Shown here piece by piece: positions 39,353 through 52,209 of a DNA stretch of 64,000 nt. This DNA is from Felis catus (taxonomy: Eukaryota), in assembly GCF_018350175.1 (NCBI RefSeq), contig NC_058368.1, positions 122,762,001-122,826,000 on the forward strand. Direction: 5' to 3'. The position numbers and the translations under genes are program-made. The stretch's first letter is position 1. The number at the start of each line of letters is the position of its first letter. A model generated the notes under the pieces. It was given only the letters and a program-made list of their open reading frames with translations. It made no database searches and was not told where the DNA came from.

Positions 39353-39645
39353 AAATAGCCAAGATTAGCAAAATGATTAAGAGTGAGAACACAGTCTATG
39401 CTAGGGTGCAGCATGTTCTTGGAGTTATATTCTGTCACTGCCTTGCACAAAATAACAGGTCCTAATCACAGTGTGTTTTTTGTAGATGGACAACCACATA
39501 GGATGTGTGCACGTGTGGGTGTGTGCATATATATACATATAGATGTACAGTACCTACACAGTATGTATATATATACATATAGTTAACAAATCAATAGGCT
39601 TCAGGGATCACATCCTCTCAAGTTGGCACAACGCCAGCACAGAGC

Positions 39646-39683
39646 CATGCACACGTGCCACTAAGTGATGGCGATGGTGGTGA
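39646..39683 (-). promoter_or_regulatory. Candidate intronic splicing enhancer: five YCAY motifs plus TGCATG
   Basis: The transcript strand reads tcaccaccatcgccatcac...gtgtgcatgg, 157-194 nt after the exon 12 donor. Confidence 0.55.
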
Positions 39684-39839
39684 CAGGGATGCAGTTGAGC
39701 ACGCAGCGGAGGAGAGTGCAGCGCCGGGAAAGCCTCCCCTCCCCCGAGCCCCTGTGCCACTCCTGAGAGGACCCCCTGCTGCTCCTGGATCTCTCATCAT
39801 TTTCTCCTCTGCCCCACTAGGGTGTTGCGCCCAACATAC

Positions 39840-39902
39840 CTTTTCTAAAAGCTCCTGGTTTCTCTTAATGAAAAGTTGTTTATCTTCTACCCAGTGTGAA
39901 TC
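39840..39902 (-). CDS. JAKMIP2: JAKMIP2 exon 12 (63 nt, DSHWVEDKQLFIKRNQELLEK), probable cassette exon
   Basis: cag|GAT acceptor with a short pyrimidine tract, AAG|gtatgt donor. Confidence 0.93.
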
Positions 39903-40583
39903 CTGTTTGACAAAGAATACCGTGTAGTCAGCATTTCAGAGTGGCACGAAAGAGCCTGTGTCAAACCACTTTGCCAGAGCTGTCTTCTCTCACCCAGTTT
40001 GTTGGCCTGCTGATGGCTAGTAAATGACACCCACCCCCGTCAGCTCCTCATTCAAGAACGTTGGGGCCAAAGTTGCCAGGAAAAATTGAACCCCCTCTTC
40101 ATTGTCACTCACTGTCTCTAACTTATTCAGTCTGAATAATCCAGGACCAGCCTTCCGGGGACTCAGAAGTGACCACATAGGCAAAAAGTGAAAAGGGTCA
40201 GAATGCACACAGGCTAGATACATATGGATGGAAAACATTAAAATGCAGAACCATAAATGTAGCAGAGAGGCAAAGAATGCAGCTTGAGGGGCGGGTCTTT
40301 GTCTTAGCAGCTTATGACCACTCTAGGCTATTTGTACAGTGCTCCGCTTCCTCTGGCATTCCCTCTCTTGCCCAGCCTCATTCGTTGTTGTAGCTGGGCT
40401 CACACTCTGGCCAGAAAAACACCAGGGACAGAAACACAGAGTTGAACATTCTGACACAGTGTGAGAAAGGTCACTGTGGAGAGCCAAGCTGTGTCCTGGG
40501 TGCAGCCCATGCAAAGGGTGGTCTAGAGGAAGGTCAGATTGGATTGTCTGCATCTGCAGGAGTGCTAGCCATCAAATGCCTAC

Positions 40584-40667
40584 CTGCCCTTTTTGAGCCA
40601 GAGTCGCTTCCAGATCTTCAATTTTGGCTTTATACCTTAGCACCTCTGCTTGAAGCTGTTCCTGAGC
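40584..40667 (-). CDS. JAKMIP2: JAKMIP2 exon 11 (84 nt, AQEQLQAEVLRYKAKIEDLEATLAQKGQ)
   Basis: tag|GCT acceptor, CAG|gtaggc donor. Confidence 0.95.
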
Positions 40668-40801
40668 CTAGTGAAATCAAAATTCCAGAACTCAGTAAGT
40701 AAAATGGTTCAGTACTTTTCCTCCCCTCATGTTACTTGATTAGCACTCAATAAGAAAGAAAAACAACTTTTTTCTATGACCAAAGATCCTTTTAAAACTA
40801 T

Positions 40802-41004
40802 TTTTTTATTTTTATTTATTTTTTTTTTTGAGAGAGAGAGAGAGAGAGAAAGCACGAGAGGGACAGAGACACAGAATCCGAAGACAGGCTCCAGGCTCTG
40901 AGCTGTCAGCACAGAGCCTTATGAGGGGCTCGAACCCACGAACTGCAAGATCATGACCCAAGCTGAAGTTAGACACTTAACCAACTGAGCCACCCAGGTG
41001 CCCC
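40802..41004 (-). mobile_element. Can-SINE
   Basis: Near-perfect TSD tttaaaactattttt. Confidence 0.94.
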
Positions 41005-41028
41005 TCCTTTAAAACTATTTTTATGGTC

Positions 41029-41246
41029 GGGGCTCCTGGGCGGCTCAGTTGGTTAAACATCTGACTCTTGATTTCAGCTCAGATCATGATATCGCAGTTC
41101 ACGAGATGGGAACGTCGCCTGGGGCTCTGTGCTGACAGCGCAGAGCCTGCTTGGGAGTCTTTCTCTCTACATCTCCCTCTGCCACTCCCCCACTCACCTT
41201 CTCTCCCTCTCTCTCCCTTTACATAAATAAATGAACTTAAAAAAAC
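41029..41246 (+). mobile_element. Can-SINE, head-to-head with the previous element
   Basis: ggggctcctgggcggctcag head, CT tract, A tail. Confidence 0.92.
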
Positions 41247-41574
41247 CCTATTTTCATGGTCTAAATTTTTGCTTAAAACTTTCAATGTTCCCTTTATTAT
41301 CAGGTTAAAATTCAAACTTGTTAGCTGAGATTTGAGAACTCCCATTATATTTGCAGTCTTTTCCCCCTACTCATCAACAAAGTTCACCCCTGATTTACTG
41401 GTGATCTCCTTATACCCTAAATATGCCTTATAACCCTCCACTTCTCTGTTTATTTGAACAAATTCCCCTTCTGGGGAGCCTTCTCTCATGTTGCCTCTCC
41501 CAAAACTTATCATTCTTTCAGAACCAACTTTGTGCTTTAAATCTAAATCCAGATGTATGCATACATATATGTAT

Positions 41575-41590
41575 TGTGTGTGTGTGTGTG

Positions 41591-41648
<58 letters not shown>
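41575..41648. repeat. (TG)n microsatellite
   Basis: Directly visible, with minor interruptions. Confidence 0.98.
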
Positions 41649-41670
41649 CATCAGCAGTTTTGGATACTGA

Positions 41671-41769
41671 TCAGCACAGAGCCCGATGCAGGGCTCGAAC
41701 CCATGAATGGCAAGATCATGACCCGAGCTGTAGTTGGATGTTTAACTGACTGAGCCACCCAGGCACCCC
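41671..41769 (-). mobile_element. Tailless (3'-truncated) Can-SINE with 10-bp direct repeats
   Basis: tggatactga at 41661-41670 and 41770-41779; only the 5' ~100 nt of the element is present. Confidence 0.88.
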
Positions 41770-42004
41770 TGGATACTGACCTTCTATGGAGCAATCGGAC
41801 TTCATTTGTTTTCAGATTCCCCTGTATTCTCCCTACACAGGACCTTATTCTCTGTGAAAAATTAGTGGGTTTTTTGTTTGCTTTTTGCCCATACACATAT
41901 TTTATCTTGTCTTATCTGGATAGGTTCCTTATTACAATGTAGAATAAAGTCAGCAATGGCAGGTATCCTTTCCTTTTTTCTTTCTTCCATTCTTCCTCCT
42001 TCCT

Positions 42005-42100
42005 TCCTTAAAAGTAATCTTTATGCCCAACATTGGGCCCAAACTCGCAACCTTAAGATCAAGAGCTGCATTCCCTATTGACTGAGCCAGCCAGGAATCC
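42005..42100 (-). mobile_element. Short Can-SINE
   Basis: aaagtaatctttatgcccaac...gagccagccagg. Confidence 0.8.
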
Positions 42101-42869
42101 CTCCTTTTCTTATTCTTCATGATGAGGAAGATGTATCTTTGGACAATGAAGATTATATTTACCTTTATCAGGTTAAAAAAAATTCTAAGCTTAATTTTGC
42201 CAAGAATCATTTTAACTTCAAATGAGTGTTGAGTACAATCAATTTTCTTTCGTGTATCAAAATGAGTACACCTTTTGTTTCACTGATGCTCATTCATCTA
42301 TATTATTTATTTTTGCATTTCTACTTTGAACTTACTCTATTGCTTTATTTCTAACATATTGATTTGTTCTACACTATGTTGCTGAGAATGATTAAGTTGT
42401 TTTGTTTTTGGCCAGAGATAATGCTAAACCTTTATTTGGAGAAGAGGGTGAGACGAGAGAAAGTTTCTACATCATTACCTCTTCAAAAACAAGACGTATG
42501 GTCTTATTTTAAATGACCAATCCTATGTTGATGAGAATGCTTAGAACATACTGAAAATGAAAACCACAACTGATAGTAGAGCATAAACACAAAGGAACAC
42601 ACATACCTCCCTTTCTAATGATTGCCTGCCTGTCTATTCCAAATCACAGGTTTCTTTTTTAAAACATTTATTCAGTTACGTATAAACATGTGCATGAACA
42701 TATATTTCCATTTAAAAATACATAATTATAATATCTATCCTGTCCCACTAAACAACTAACAGTAGTTCTTACAACATTCCTCAGCACACTACAGACCCTC
42801 TAAATTGAAAGTGAGACAAAATCACTGGGTGGTCATATTCCTTCTTGCCCCACGTAAATTAATCTATGA

Positions 42870-43410
42870 GGCAGTTATGGCATGGTGGTTATGACTGAAC
42901 TCAGAAACACGAGGTTCATATCCTAGCTATCATCTAACTAAGCTACATATCCTGGTTTCAACCTAGCTAATCTACATTTAACTCCTACTAAGCTATTATC
43001 TCCTCTCCTATAAAAAGCACATAGTTAATAATAGCCTATAACTCATAGGGTTGTTTTAGGATTACGTGAGATAATGTATGTAAAGTGCTTAGAACAATGC
43101 CTGGAACACAGCAAGCACTCAATAAATTGTAAGCATTAGTACTGTATGCATATATGTATGTGTGTGGGGGGGTGGGTGTCTTAAAATAACGGTTTTTAAA
43201 AAACCGTGAGGCAGTTGTAGTGTAATGAAAAGAACGTGTGACCCAGTTAGATTTTACCTGGAATCCAAGTTTTCTATTTATTAGCTGTGTGATCTTGGGC
43301 AAGTCAATTAACCTCTCGGAGCCTTAAACTCCTCTTTTATAAAATACCTGCCTTAGGGTGCTGTTATAAAAATCAAATGAGATACTGGCACTGAAAATTC
43401 TTTGTGAGCT
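42870..43410 (+). mobile_element. Two MIR copies (about 42870-43130 and 43210-43410)
   Basis: ttagctgtgtgatcttgggcaagtcaattaacctctc and aggattacgtgagataatgtatgtaaagtgcttagaacaatgcctgg. Confidence 0.8.
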
Positions 43411-43754
43411 TTCAGTTTCATGCTGTGCACTTATTAACTGAGAAAAGAAAATGACTAACCACTGAAGTATTTTTTTTCCCAAGAAAGAAGCTAAATAAAG
43501 TGGATTATCAAAATTCAATATTGTCTAGCTTTGAAAATATAAGTTTTCAAATAGCAAGCATAAGAACTACTATCTTTACAGGAACAAAAGCATCGATCTA
43601 AGTTGGTTCTAATGTGTCTAGATCCAAGGTTTGTTGACATAAAAGATGAAACAGTTCAAAAGCCACAGTGGAGAGAAGGATCCAGGGAAAGCTATCCTAT
43701 TGATATTTTTACGTCCATAGTACTTTCATGTTGTGACTGCTGCAAGCCAATTCA

Positions 43755-43982
<228 letters not shown>

Positions 43983-44946
43983 TTAACATTTTCCCACTTT
44001 ATAAGGAGAAGTAAATGTTTGATACTGGATTTGGTGTGATTTTATTCTTAATTTTAAAATGCATACATAGACATGAATTATGTACTTTCAAGATGGACAT
44101 TGCAGAAATACTCAATATTTGTTAATAAGAGGCATTTGCTTATTTATACATTTCTGATGATTGCTCATTTGGGCTTGCATTGCAGTCAATTTTGGACCCA
44201 AATGAGAACTTATATCTAGTCTGGATACAAATGTGAGTCAATAATACTTAGAGTTTTAGTCTCAATTCTTTTCAATACATTCAAATCCAACAACTTCTTC
44301 CAGAGATAAATTATAAAAACATAGTTTTATAGTTTTACGTCTCAAACTTCAGAACATAATACAATCATCAGGGAGTTTTGGGAAAAATGCAGAGTTGAGG
44401 GTTCTACCCACAGGATCCTAAGTCAGGAGTTGTGCAGTAGAATCCAGGAATTTTCAATGTGATCAAATCCCCCTAGATGATTTTGATAAAGGTAGTCTAT
44501 AGGGCACATTCTGCTAAACCCTGTCTTTAACTGTACCGAGAAGCTTGTTCTTCTAAGCTTGTTTCTTGGTTCACACCTTCCCTAGATGAAGAATTTTGGA
44601 AACTTTCTTTTTTTAAGTAGGGGCTTGAACTTATGACCCTGAGATCAAAAGTTGCATGCTCTACTGACTGAGCCATCCTGGCAGTCCAGAAAAGGGACTT
44701 TTATTTTGAAAAAAAAAAAAAAAAAAAAAAGTCTTCAAGTTACAGAAGTTTACACAAGTTGTTAAAAAGGCTACATGACACAGGTGAAGCTATTTTCCGA
44801 GAGGTAAAAAAGTCAAAAGGGTTCACTATGATGTGATCATGTTGTGCAGCTCATACAGGATATTAGAAGTGCAAGGCTTCTTTCCCACCTTAAAGGAAAG
44901 ATTTGGTGACAATATCACAAAAGACTAGAGAAGCGGAAAAGCTTAC

Positions 44947-45066
44947 TTCATCCAAGTCGTCATCAGGAGTAGCTGGTGTTCGGTCTGTTCTAAATGATGC
45001 CATAGATGACGTCTCTGAATCCATGGAGTCCTCATCATAGCCAATAAATGGGTCCAAAACAGGCCT
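44947..45066 (-). CDS. JAKMIP2: JAKMIP2 exon 9 (120 nt, RPVLDPFIGYDEDSMDSETSS...DDDLDE)
   Basis: tag|AGG acceptor, GAA|gtaagc donor. Confidence 0.96.
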
Positions 45067-45523
45067 CTAGGGTAGGGAAAGTACATATTTACTGACACGA
45101 CTAGAAGTGGAGAAAGTCAACATATTATGAAGGCACCATCGGCTGGCATATGTGCAAATGGACACAGAAGACAGGGGTCCTTTAGTGCTTCTCAGATGAA
45201 AGAAAAGCTTTGGGCATGAACACTATAATTCCAATAAAAGTTTGTCCCACATTATTTCACACTTCTGAAGTTTTGGGGGGAATATTCATTAACATTTGGC
45301 TCCATTCATTGAATAGTCTTTTCAGTATTTAAAATATAATCAAGAAACCTAAAGTCCAGGCATCTATGTGAGATTCTCAAATCTTAAGTCTTATCATCCA
45401 ATCCCATATCCAAATCAAATGATGTACTTGATAAAAACAAAATCAAGTAGACAAATTAAATAAAAAAACTCTGTGGATTGTAAGAGGCTATATAAATATT
45501 GGTGGATTGGGAGTACCATTATT

Positions 45524-45742
45524 TTTTAATGATAATTTTTCTAAGTTTATTTGAGAGAGAAGAGAGAGAGTGCAAGCATGAGCAGAGGAGGGGCACAGAG
45601 AAAGAGTGAGAGAGAGAATCTCAAGCAGGCTCCACACTCAGCACAGAGCCCAATGCGAGGCCCAATCTCACAACCACGAGATCGTGATCTGAGCCAAAAT
45701 CAAGAGTTGGACACTTAACCGAATGAGCTACCCGGGCACCCC
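45524..45742 (-). mobile_element. Can-SINE
   Basis: TSD gagtaccattatt. Confidence 0.93.
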
Positions 45743-46232
45743 TGAGAGTACCATTATTAATAATCATTATCAATAATATTATCCAAGTGAATAATGGAAT
45801 AAAAATCAAACTCTTATCAGTAATATTGTCCAACTGAATAATAAAAATATACTAATCAATTATAGGGTGGGTATGAGACACTACTAATATTTTTTGCTGG
45901 GAGGCATTAAATCATATGTATCTCTTGCATGTTCTTGGAGTTTGACTCTCCAGCTTGTCAGATACTGCTTTCTACATCAAACCCAGTGCTTTCTTTCACT
46001 CAGGTAGTCTCATATTAAAGCAAACTTTAAAGGTTAAAATCCATAACACAATCATTTGGGGACTTCTAAGAACTGTCAGGAGAAGAGATTTTCTTCTAGC
46101 AAATAAAGCCCATGGTTTGCTTCAGTGTAGGAACATCTGATTTATCACATCTTTGCAGGAAGATTCCTTGGCAAGCCTCACTTCCCTGGCAGTGTTTGTG
46201 GCAAAAGCCTGATAACCTAGTTTTCCCATTAC

Positions 46233-46289
46233 CTTAATTGGCTTGGAACTTCTTCTATGTTTTCTCCTACGGATGAGCTTTTCTCGGTC
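46233..46289 (-). CDS. JAKMIP2: JAKMIP2 exon 8 (57 nt, DREKLIRRRKHRRSSKPIK, basic patch)
   Basis: cag|GAC acceptor, AAG|gtaatg donor. Confidence 0.95.
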
Positions 46290-46346
46290 CTGGAAAACAG
46301 ATGAAGCTTTTCAGGTGTTGAGTTGGTACATATTTTCCTATAGGTG

Positions 46347-46566
46347 TTTTTTTTTTTTAATTTTTTAATGTTTATTTATTTTAGAAAGAGAGACAGAGCG
46401 TGTGAGTGGGGGAGGGGCAGAGAGAGAGGGAGACACAGAATCCAAAGCAGGCTCCAGGCTGTGAGCTGTCAGCACAGAGCCCGACGTGGAGCTCAAACTC
46501 ACCGACTGCGAGATCATGAGCCGAGCCAAAGTTGGATGCTTCACTGACTGAGCCACACAGGTGCCC
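46347..46566 (-). mobile_element. Can-SINE ending about 57 nt upstream of the exon 8 acceptor
   Basis: Full-length element on the minus strand. Confidence 0.94.
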
Positions 46567-46689
46567 TAGGTTGTTTTTTTTTTTTTTTTTAATGACAGAG
46601 TTTGTTTTTGCCTGAGTCATTACATATTTCTATTTAAAGTAAAATTGTGTTTTGTAATTTTGGCAACTTTTAGGTTTGATACTTACATA

Positions 46690-46803
46690 TTTTTTTAAAG
46701 TTTTTATTTATTTAAGTAATCTCTACATTCAAGGTGGGGCTCAAACCCAGGACCCTCAGCTCAAGAGTCACAAGCTCCTCTGGTGGAGCCAGCCAGGTGT
46801 CCC
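46690..46803 (-). mobile_element. Short Can-SINE
   Basis: aagtaatctctac...caagagtcac...gagccagccaggtgtccc. Confidence 0.85.
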
Positions 46804-48099
46804 ATATATACTTACATATTTTTATAGTAAAAATACTCTACAACTTTTCTTGATCATCTATGTGGATCTGAGAGCCTCCCAATCAGGAAGGGCACAGTCT
46901 TCTTCATCAGAATCCTTTGTTATACCTAAAGATTAAGTAGCTCTGAAAAGAGTCACTCCTATTTTCCCAAGGCACAATTTTTCAGTTTCTTTCAGTAATT
47001 TTTCAAATTACTTTATATTCAGGTACTGAAAAAAATACTACTGTACAAAAACTTTATTCTTTGCATTTAATCAGTTGAAGGCACAGAAAACTGCCCTTTG
47101 ACTATTCTTAGACTCTTGTTCTCACCTGCAGCCTCTGAAGATGGAAACAGGAGTATCTACTGAATTGGAATCATCTGGTGTGTAAAGGGACAGTGGTTCT
47201 TGTTGGAATGTTCTGGGAAACTCAAAGAATATCTAGAAATAATGATTGATTTCCTGATTCATTCTTGTTATGGATGGAGATATCCTGGGAATTGGGCGTT
47301 CATCTACGAAGTACTCTATGTATTTACTGTACAAATTCAAAGGTAGATTAAATAAGTGACAGTTTCCCTGAAAGTCTGGATGACATGCCTCCTCATGTCA
47401 AAATCCTATAAGAAACTCAGCTTTAACCTTAGATACTCAAAGCTGAGCAAATTCTTGGCTGAGTGAATCCGCGATTTAAGAGTTATTAAGGATATGGATG
47501 TGAAGTAAGAGGCACAGTGCTTCACATGTTTTATAAATAGTCTGGTTAAAGTCAGTGATGTTAACTTTTTGGATTTCCTGCCTTGTAAAAAGTATTTTGA
47601 TCATACAACCTCAACATATCTGAAACTTGGGAAGTTTACACTTAGATTATCCTCCTAATACACTATATGTCTTATAACATAGACTGAACTTAGACCATTT
47701 ACAAAGGGTAAACCACAAATAGTTACAAACAGAAGTTATAATCTTCTCTTCCTTCAATGGCAGGAAATTATCTTGTTCACCCTTCCCTGGAGACACCTGC
47801 CTAACCACCCCCACCCCACTGCTGGTTCCTCAATTCTCCAGGCCTCAGCTGGGTCCTAAAGTGAGAGCGACCAGAGATGTCAATCACAGAATAAAGACCA
47901 AGAGGCAAAGAGGAAACCCAAAGGCATCTAAAGGTCTTAGTCCACTACTGATGGTAAAACAGGCCTTGACCGGATGCAAATGGGAATAGTAATTGTTCTA
48001 CACACTTCAGTAGGTACAAAATTCACAGTCAGAACACGGGGAATGAAACTTCCACTGTGTCATGTAATTACGAGGTCACTATTCATTCAACAAATATTT

Positions 48100-48189
48100 A
48101 TTTATTTAAAGTTTATCAATTCATTTTGTGAGACAGAGAGAGAGCGCATGCATGCACACCTGAGTGGGGGAGGGGCAGAGGGAGTGGGG

Positions 48190-48227
<38 letters not shown>

Positions 48228-48332
48228 ATCCCAAGCAGGCTTGGCAGTGTGAGGGACTCGAACTCATGAGCTATGAGATCATGACCCGAGCCGAAGTTGG
48301 ATGCTTAACCAACTGAGCCACCTGGGCAGCTC
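48100..48332 (-). mobile_element. Can-SINE inserted in an L2 end
   Basis: Flanked by tcaacaaata repeats; internal (GACA)n run. Confidence 0.88.
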
Positions 48333-48683
48333 TCAACAAATAGTTAGTAAACTGCACATAAGTACTGGACACTGAATTAAATGTTGGGAAATAAAGGGCA
48401 TGTGGTCCTGCTATTGTTGGCAAAATATTTCATCTCTTACCCTCAGAATCTTGATACAGGAAGGCAATTAGAAGGCATACCCACACTACCTCTCTACTCG
48501 CATAAGGATGCATTTGAAAGTCCTTATAAGGTACTTTGCAGCTAGTATTTATGTTGTCAAATTAGTCAACTAAGGATTATAATTGAAAATGTATAAAACA
48601 GCTTATAATATAAAGTAATTTTGGAATACAGTCTCTTCAAACTATTTATATATTGAATATATAAACTTGGGCCTTTGGGGCTA

Positions 48684-48947
<264 letters not shown>

Positions 48948-49195
48948 TTAAAGACATAAAAAAAAAAAAACCCAAACTTTAGTAGTTAACATAAAACATC
49001 TGCAGAAACTTTATGAGGCTCCAGCTAAATGTGAAAATTGCTCAGGTTCATCTGCACACCAACCAAAACCCTCAAGCACATTTTATTTGCTACAAGTCAA
49101 AATCACTGGGAATGTCTGAAGATCCCTATAGCTACCTTGTAAGTCTGTTAAGGAGTGGATGTGCTCATCACCTGTCCATACAGAATACAAACAAT

Positions 49196-49422
49196 GGCGG
49201 AGCACCTGGGTGGCTCAGTCGGTTAAGTATCCGACTTCGGCTCAGGTCATGATCTAGATGTTCGTGAGTTCGAGCCCCATGTCGGGCTCTGTGCTGGAGG
49301 CTCAGAGCCTGGAGCCTGCTTTGGATTTTGCGTCTCCCTCTCTCTCTGCCCCTCCCCTGCTCACGGTCTGTCTCTCTGTGTCTCTCAAGAATAAATAAAC
49401 GTTAAAAAGTTTTAAAAAAAAA
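49196..49422 (+). mobile_element. Can-SINE
   Basis: Full-length, with aatacaaa flanks. Confidence 0.94.
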
Positions 49423-49635
49423 TAATACAAATGATGGCAACTATTTCTCAACTATTACGCAAGGTCTTAGAAGACGAGAGGTACCCATTGTACAGTTCTA
49501 TAAAGAGCACATTAGTGAAATTCTTGCAAGTTTCTGTGGCTGAGGGCTATGTTAAAAGTTTGCTTCTGTATTTGGGAGATTCTGGAAAGTGCAGATTCCA
49601 ACCATTCTGCAAACTTAGAAGCCCCTTAAAATTCA

Positions 49636-49965
<330 letters not shown>

Positions 49966-50129
49966 TTACAATTTGTCTCTTGTGCAAGAGTGGATATGGG
50001 AGCAGAAGGAGTCAAAGCCCATCTGGGGCCACCTTTTCTCTGCTTCACCATGTATCTTGGGATTGACCACTTCCATCATTCATTTAACAGCCTGACTGCT
50101 TTGTTCTCAGTTTCCTCTAATGGTTTTTC

Positions 50130-50357
50130 TATTTTTTTTTTAATGTAATTTCTTTTTGAGAGAGAGAGACAGACAGACAGAGAGACAGGGCATGAGCAGG
50201 GAAGGGGCAGAGAGAGAAAAAGCCGCAGAATCTGAAGCAGGCTCCAGGCTCTGAGCTGTCTGCACAGAGCCCAAAGCAGGGCTCTAACTCACGAACCGTG
50301 AGATCATGACCTGAGCTGAAGTTGGACGCTTAACTGACTGCGCCACCCAGGTGCTCC
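50130..50357 (-). mobile_element. Can-SINE
   Basis: TSD atggtttttc. Confidence 0.94.
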
Positions 50358-50985
50358 TGATGGTTTTTCATCATAGTCTTCTGAACTCTGTATCAATGTG
50401 TTACCTTAAAAGCTGCCAAAGTTCTGCTTTTGGAAATGCTCAGGAAGAGCAACTTCATACCTTGCACGTCCTTGATTCCTGTAGTCCAGTTACCATGCTG
50501 TGCTCAGCCCCAATCTCACGCTGCTCACACCTCTCCCTGGGCCTGTAATGACCCCTCACTGGCTCAGAAAGATAAAGCAGCTCATATGAATCACACATCA
50601 CTAAGTAGTACAACCGGGACCCAAACCCAAGCCTAGTTATTGCCAAAGTCTGTTCTTCCCATGAGAGATCTTGCTAAGACTCCTGAACCATGTTGAAGCT
50701 CTTTATTTTTATTTACATGTTTAAAGTTTATTTATCTTTTTGTAATCTCGACACCCAACATGGGGCTTGAACTCATGACCCCGAGATCCAGGTGCCCCAA
50801 AGATGCTTATTTTTAAGAAAATGTTACTAAGCGGGGGGTGGGGGGGGGGGACTTACTCTCAAAGTTCTGTTGATATTTATGTTTAAGAACATTTAATTCT
50901 CACCAAGCCTAGGCTAAGTATGATTGTATTCATACCCCCCAGTAATTAAGAGTGACCATAGTCTGGTTCACCTGTTAGTCTGAGA

Positions 50986-51180
50986 CAGGATTTCTCAACC
51001 TCTGCACTGTAGACATTGTGGGCTAGATAGGTTTTGCCATGAGGAGATGTCCTGTACATTGTACCATGTTTACCAGCATCCTTGGCTTCTGCTCACTAGA
51101 TTCCAGTAACATCCTCCCAGTTGTGACAATCAAAAATGTCTCCAGGTACTGACAAAATTGCCTATAGCTGAGAACCACTG
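50986..51180 (-). mobile_element. MER20 (hAT) DNA transposon
   Basis: Terminal inverted repeats caggatttctcaac / gctgagaaccactg and a typical internal sequence. Confidence 0.88.
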
Positions 51181-51729
51181 GTCTAACTTTATGGATGCTG
51201 TCTTGGGGTCATTATTAATAGTCCCCATCCCTTTTACTCTCCAAACTCTCCCACTTGGATGGCATATTTTATGTTCATTCTATACCTAATGGATTTCCAT
51301 ATTAAAGTTCCTATGGTTAGTTCATTCACTTTATACTAATGATTCTGAATGATATGTATTGGGGGAGGGGTACTGAAGCAAGAAAAGTGGTGGGGTGTGT
51401 CAGAACCATCTGACAAGACTGCTCCTGTTTCTGAGACTCCAACGTTTTGGGAAGTGCTGGGATAGGAGACTTAGCTACCTATAAATATTTGAAAAAGCTG
51501 CTCGTGTGATTCTGAAACAGTATTCCCCAACTGTCATTTGAAAACTCATTTTATATTGAAGGCCAAAATTTTTCATAACCCCATTTAATCCTGAGTTTTG
51601 AGCTTCAAGTATCTGAAGCAAACATATTAAATATTGAGCACATACAAGGACAAATAAATTATTTCACTAGGTTTGCTATTTTAAACTTTGTCTCTTTGCC
51701 GAAGGTCAATGACAAGGATTTTAAATAGT

Positions 51730-51858
51730 TGTTTTTAAGCAGGCTCCACACCGGGTATGGAGCCCAGTTCGGGGCCTTATCTCACAACCCTGAGGTCAAG
51801 ACCTGAGCTGAGATCAAGAGTCAGATGCTTAACCAACTGAGCCACCCAGGTGCCCCCC
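51730..51858 (-). mobile_element. Can-SINE
   Basis: gagatcaagagtcagatgcttaaccaactgagccacccaggtgcccc. Confidence 0.9.
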
Positions 51859-52019
51859 CCCAGGGTTTTAAATAGTTAAATTTACTTAGTAGATGCTATT
51901 TATGGAAGATGTAGATAAACAGAAATAAAAGGAGATATCAGTAATTCTACCAGATCATACATCAGTAACCATAGATCCAAAGTACCCCCAAAAATGTTCC
52001 TTTTAAAAGAGGTAGCTTA

Positions 52020-52207
52020 GGGATGCCTGGGTGGCTCAGTCAGTTGAGTGTCTGACTTCAGTTCAGGTCATGAACTCATGGTTCGTGAGTTTGAGCCCTG
52101 CATCAGGCTCTGTGCTGACAGCTCAGAGCCTGCTTCAGATCCTCTGTCCTGCTCGCTCGCTCTCTCTCTCTCTCTCTGCCCCCCCTCAAAAATAAACATT
52201 AAAAAAA
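52020..52207 (+). mobile_element. Can-SINE
   Basis: Head, CT tract and A tail. Confidence 0.93.
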
Positions 52208-52209
52208 GA

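Noticed and set aside
41367..41753. HT and CV repeat ORFs (also 61510-61737)
   Set aside because: Produced by (TG/CA)n microsatellites
50833..50851. G-run with quadruplex potential (also the C-run at 14626-14640)
   Set aside because: Short intronic homopolymers with no supporting context
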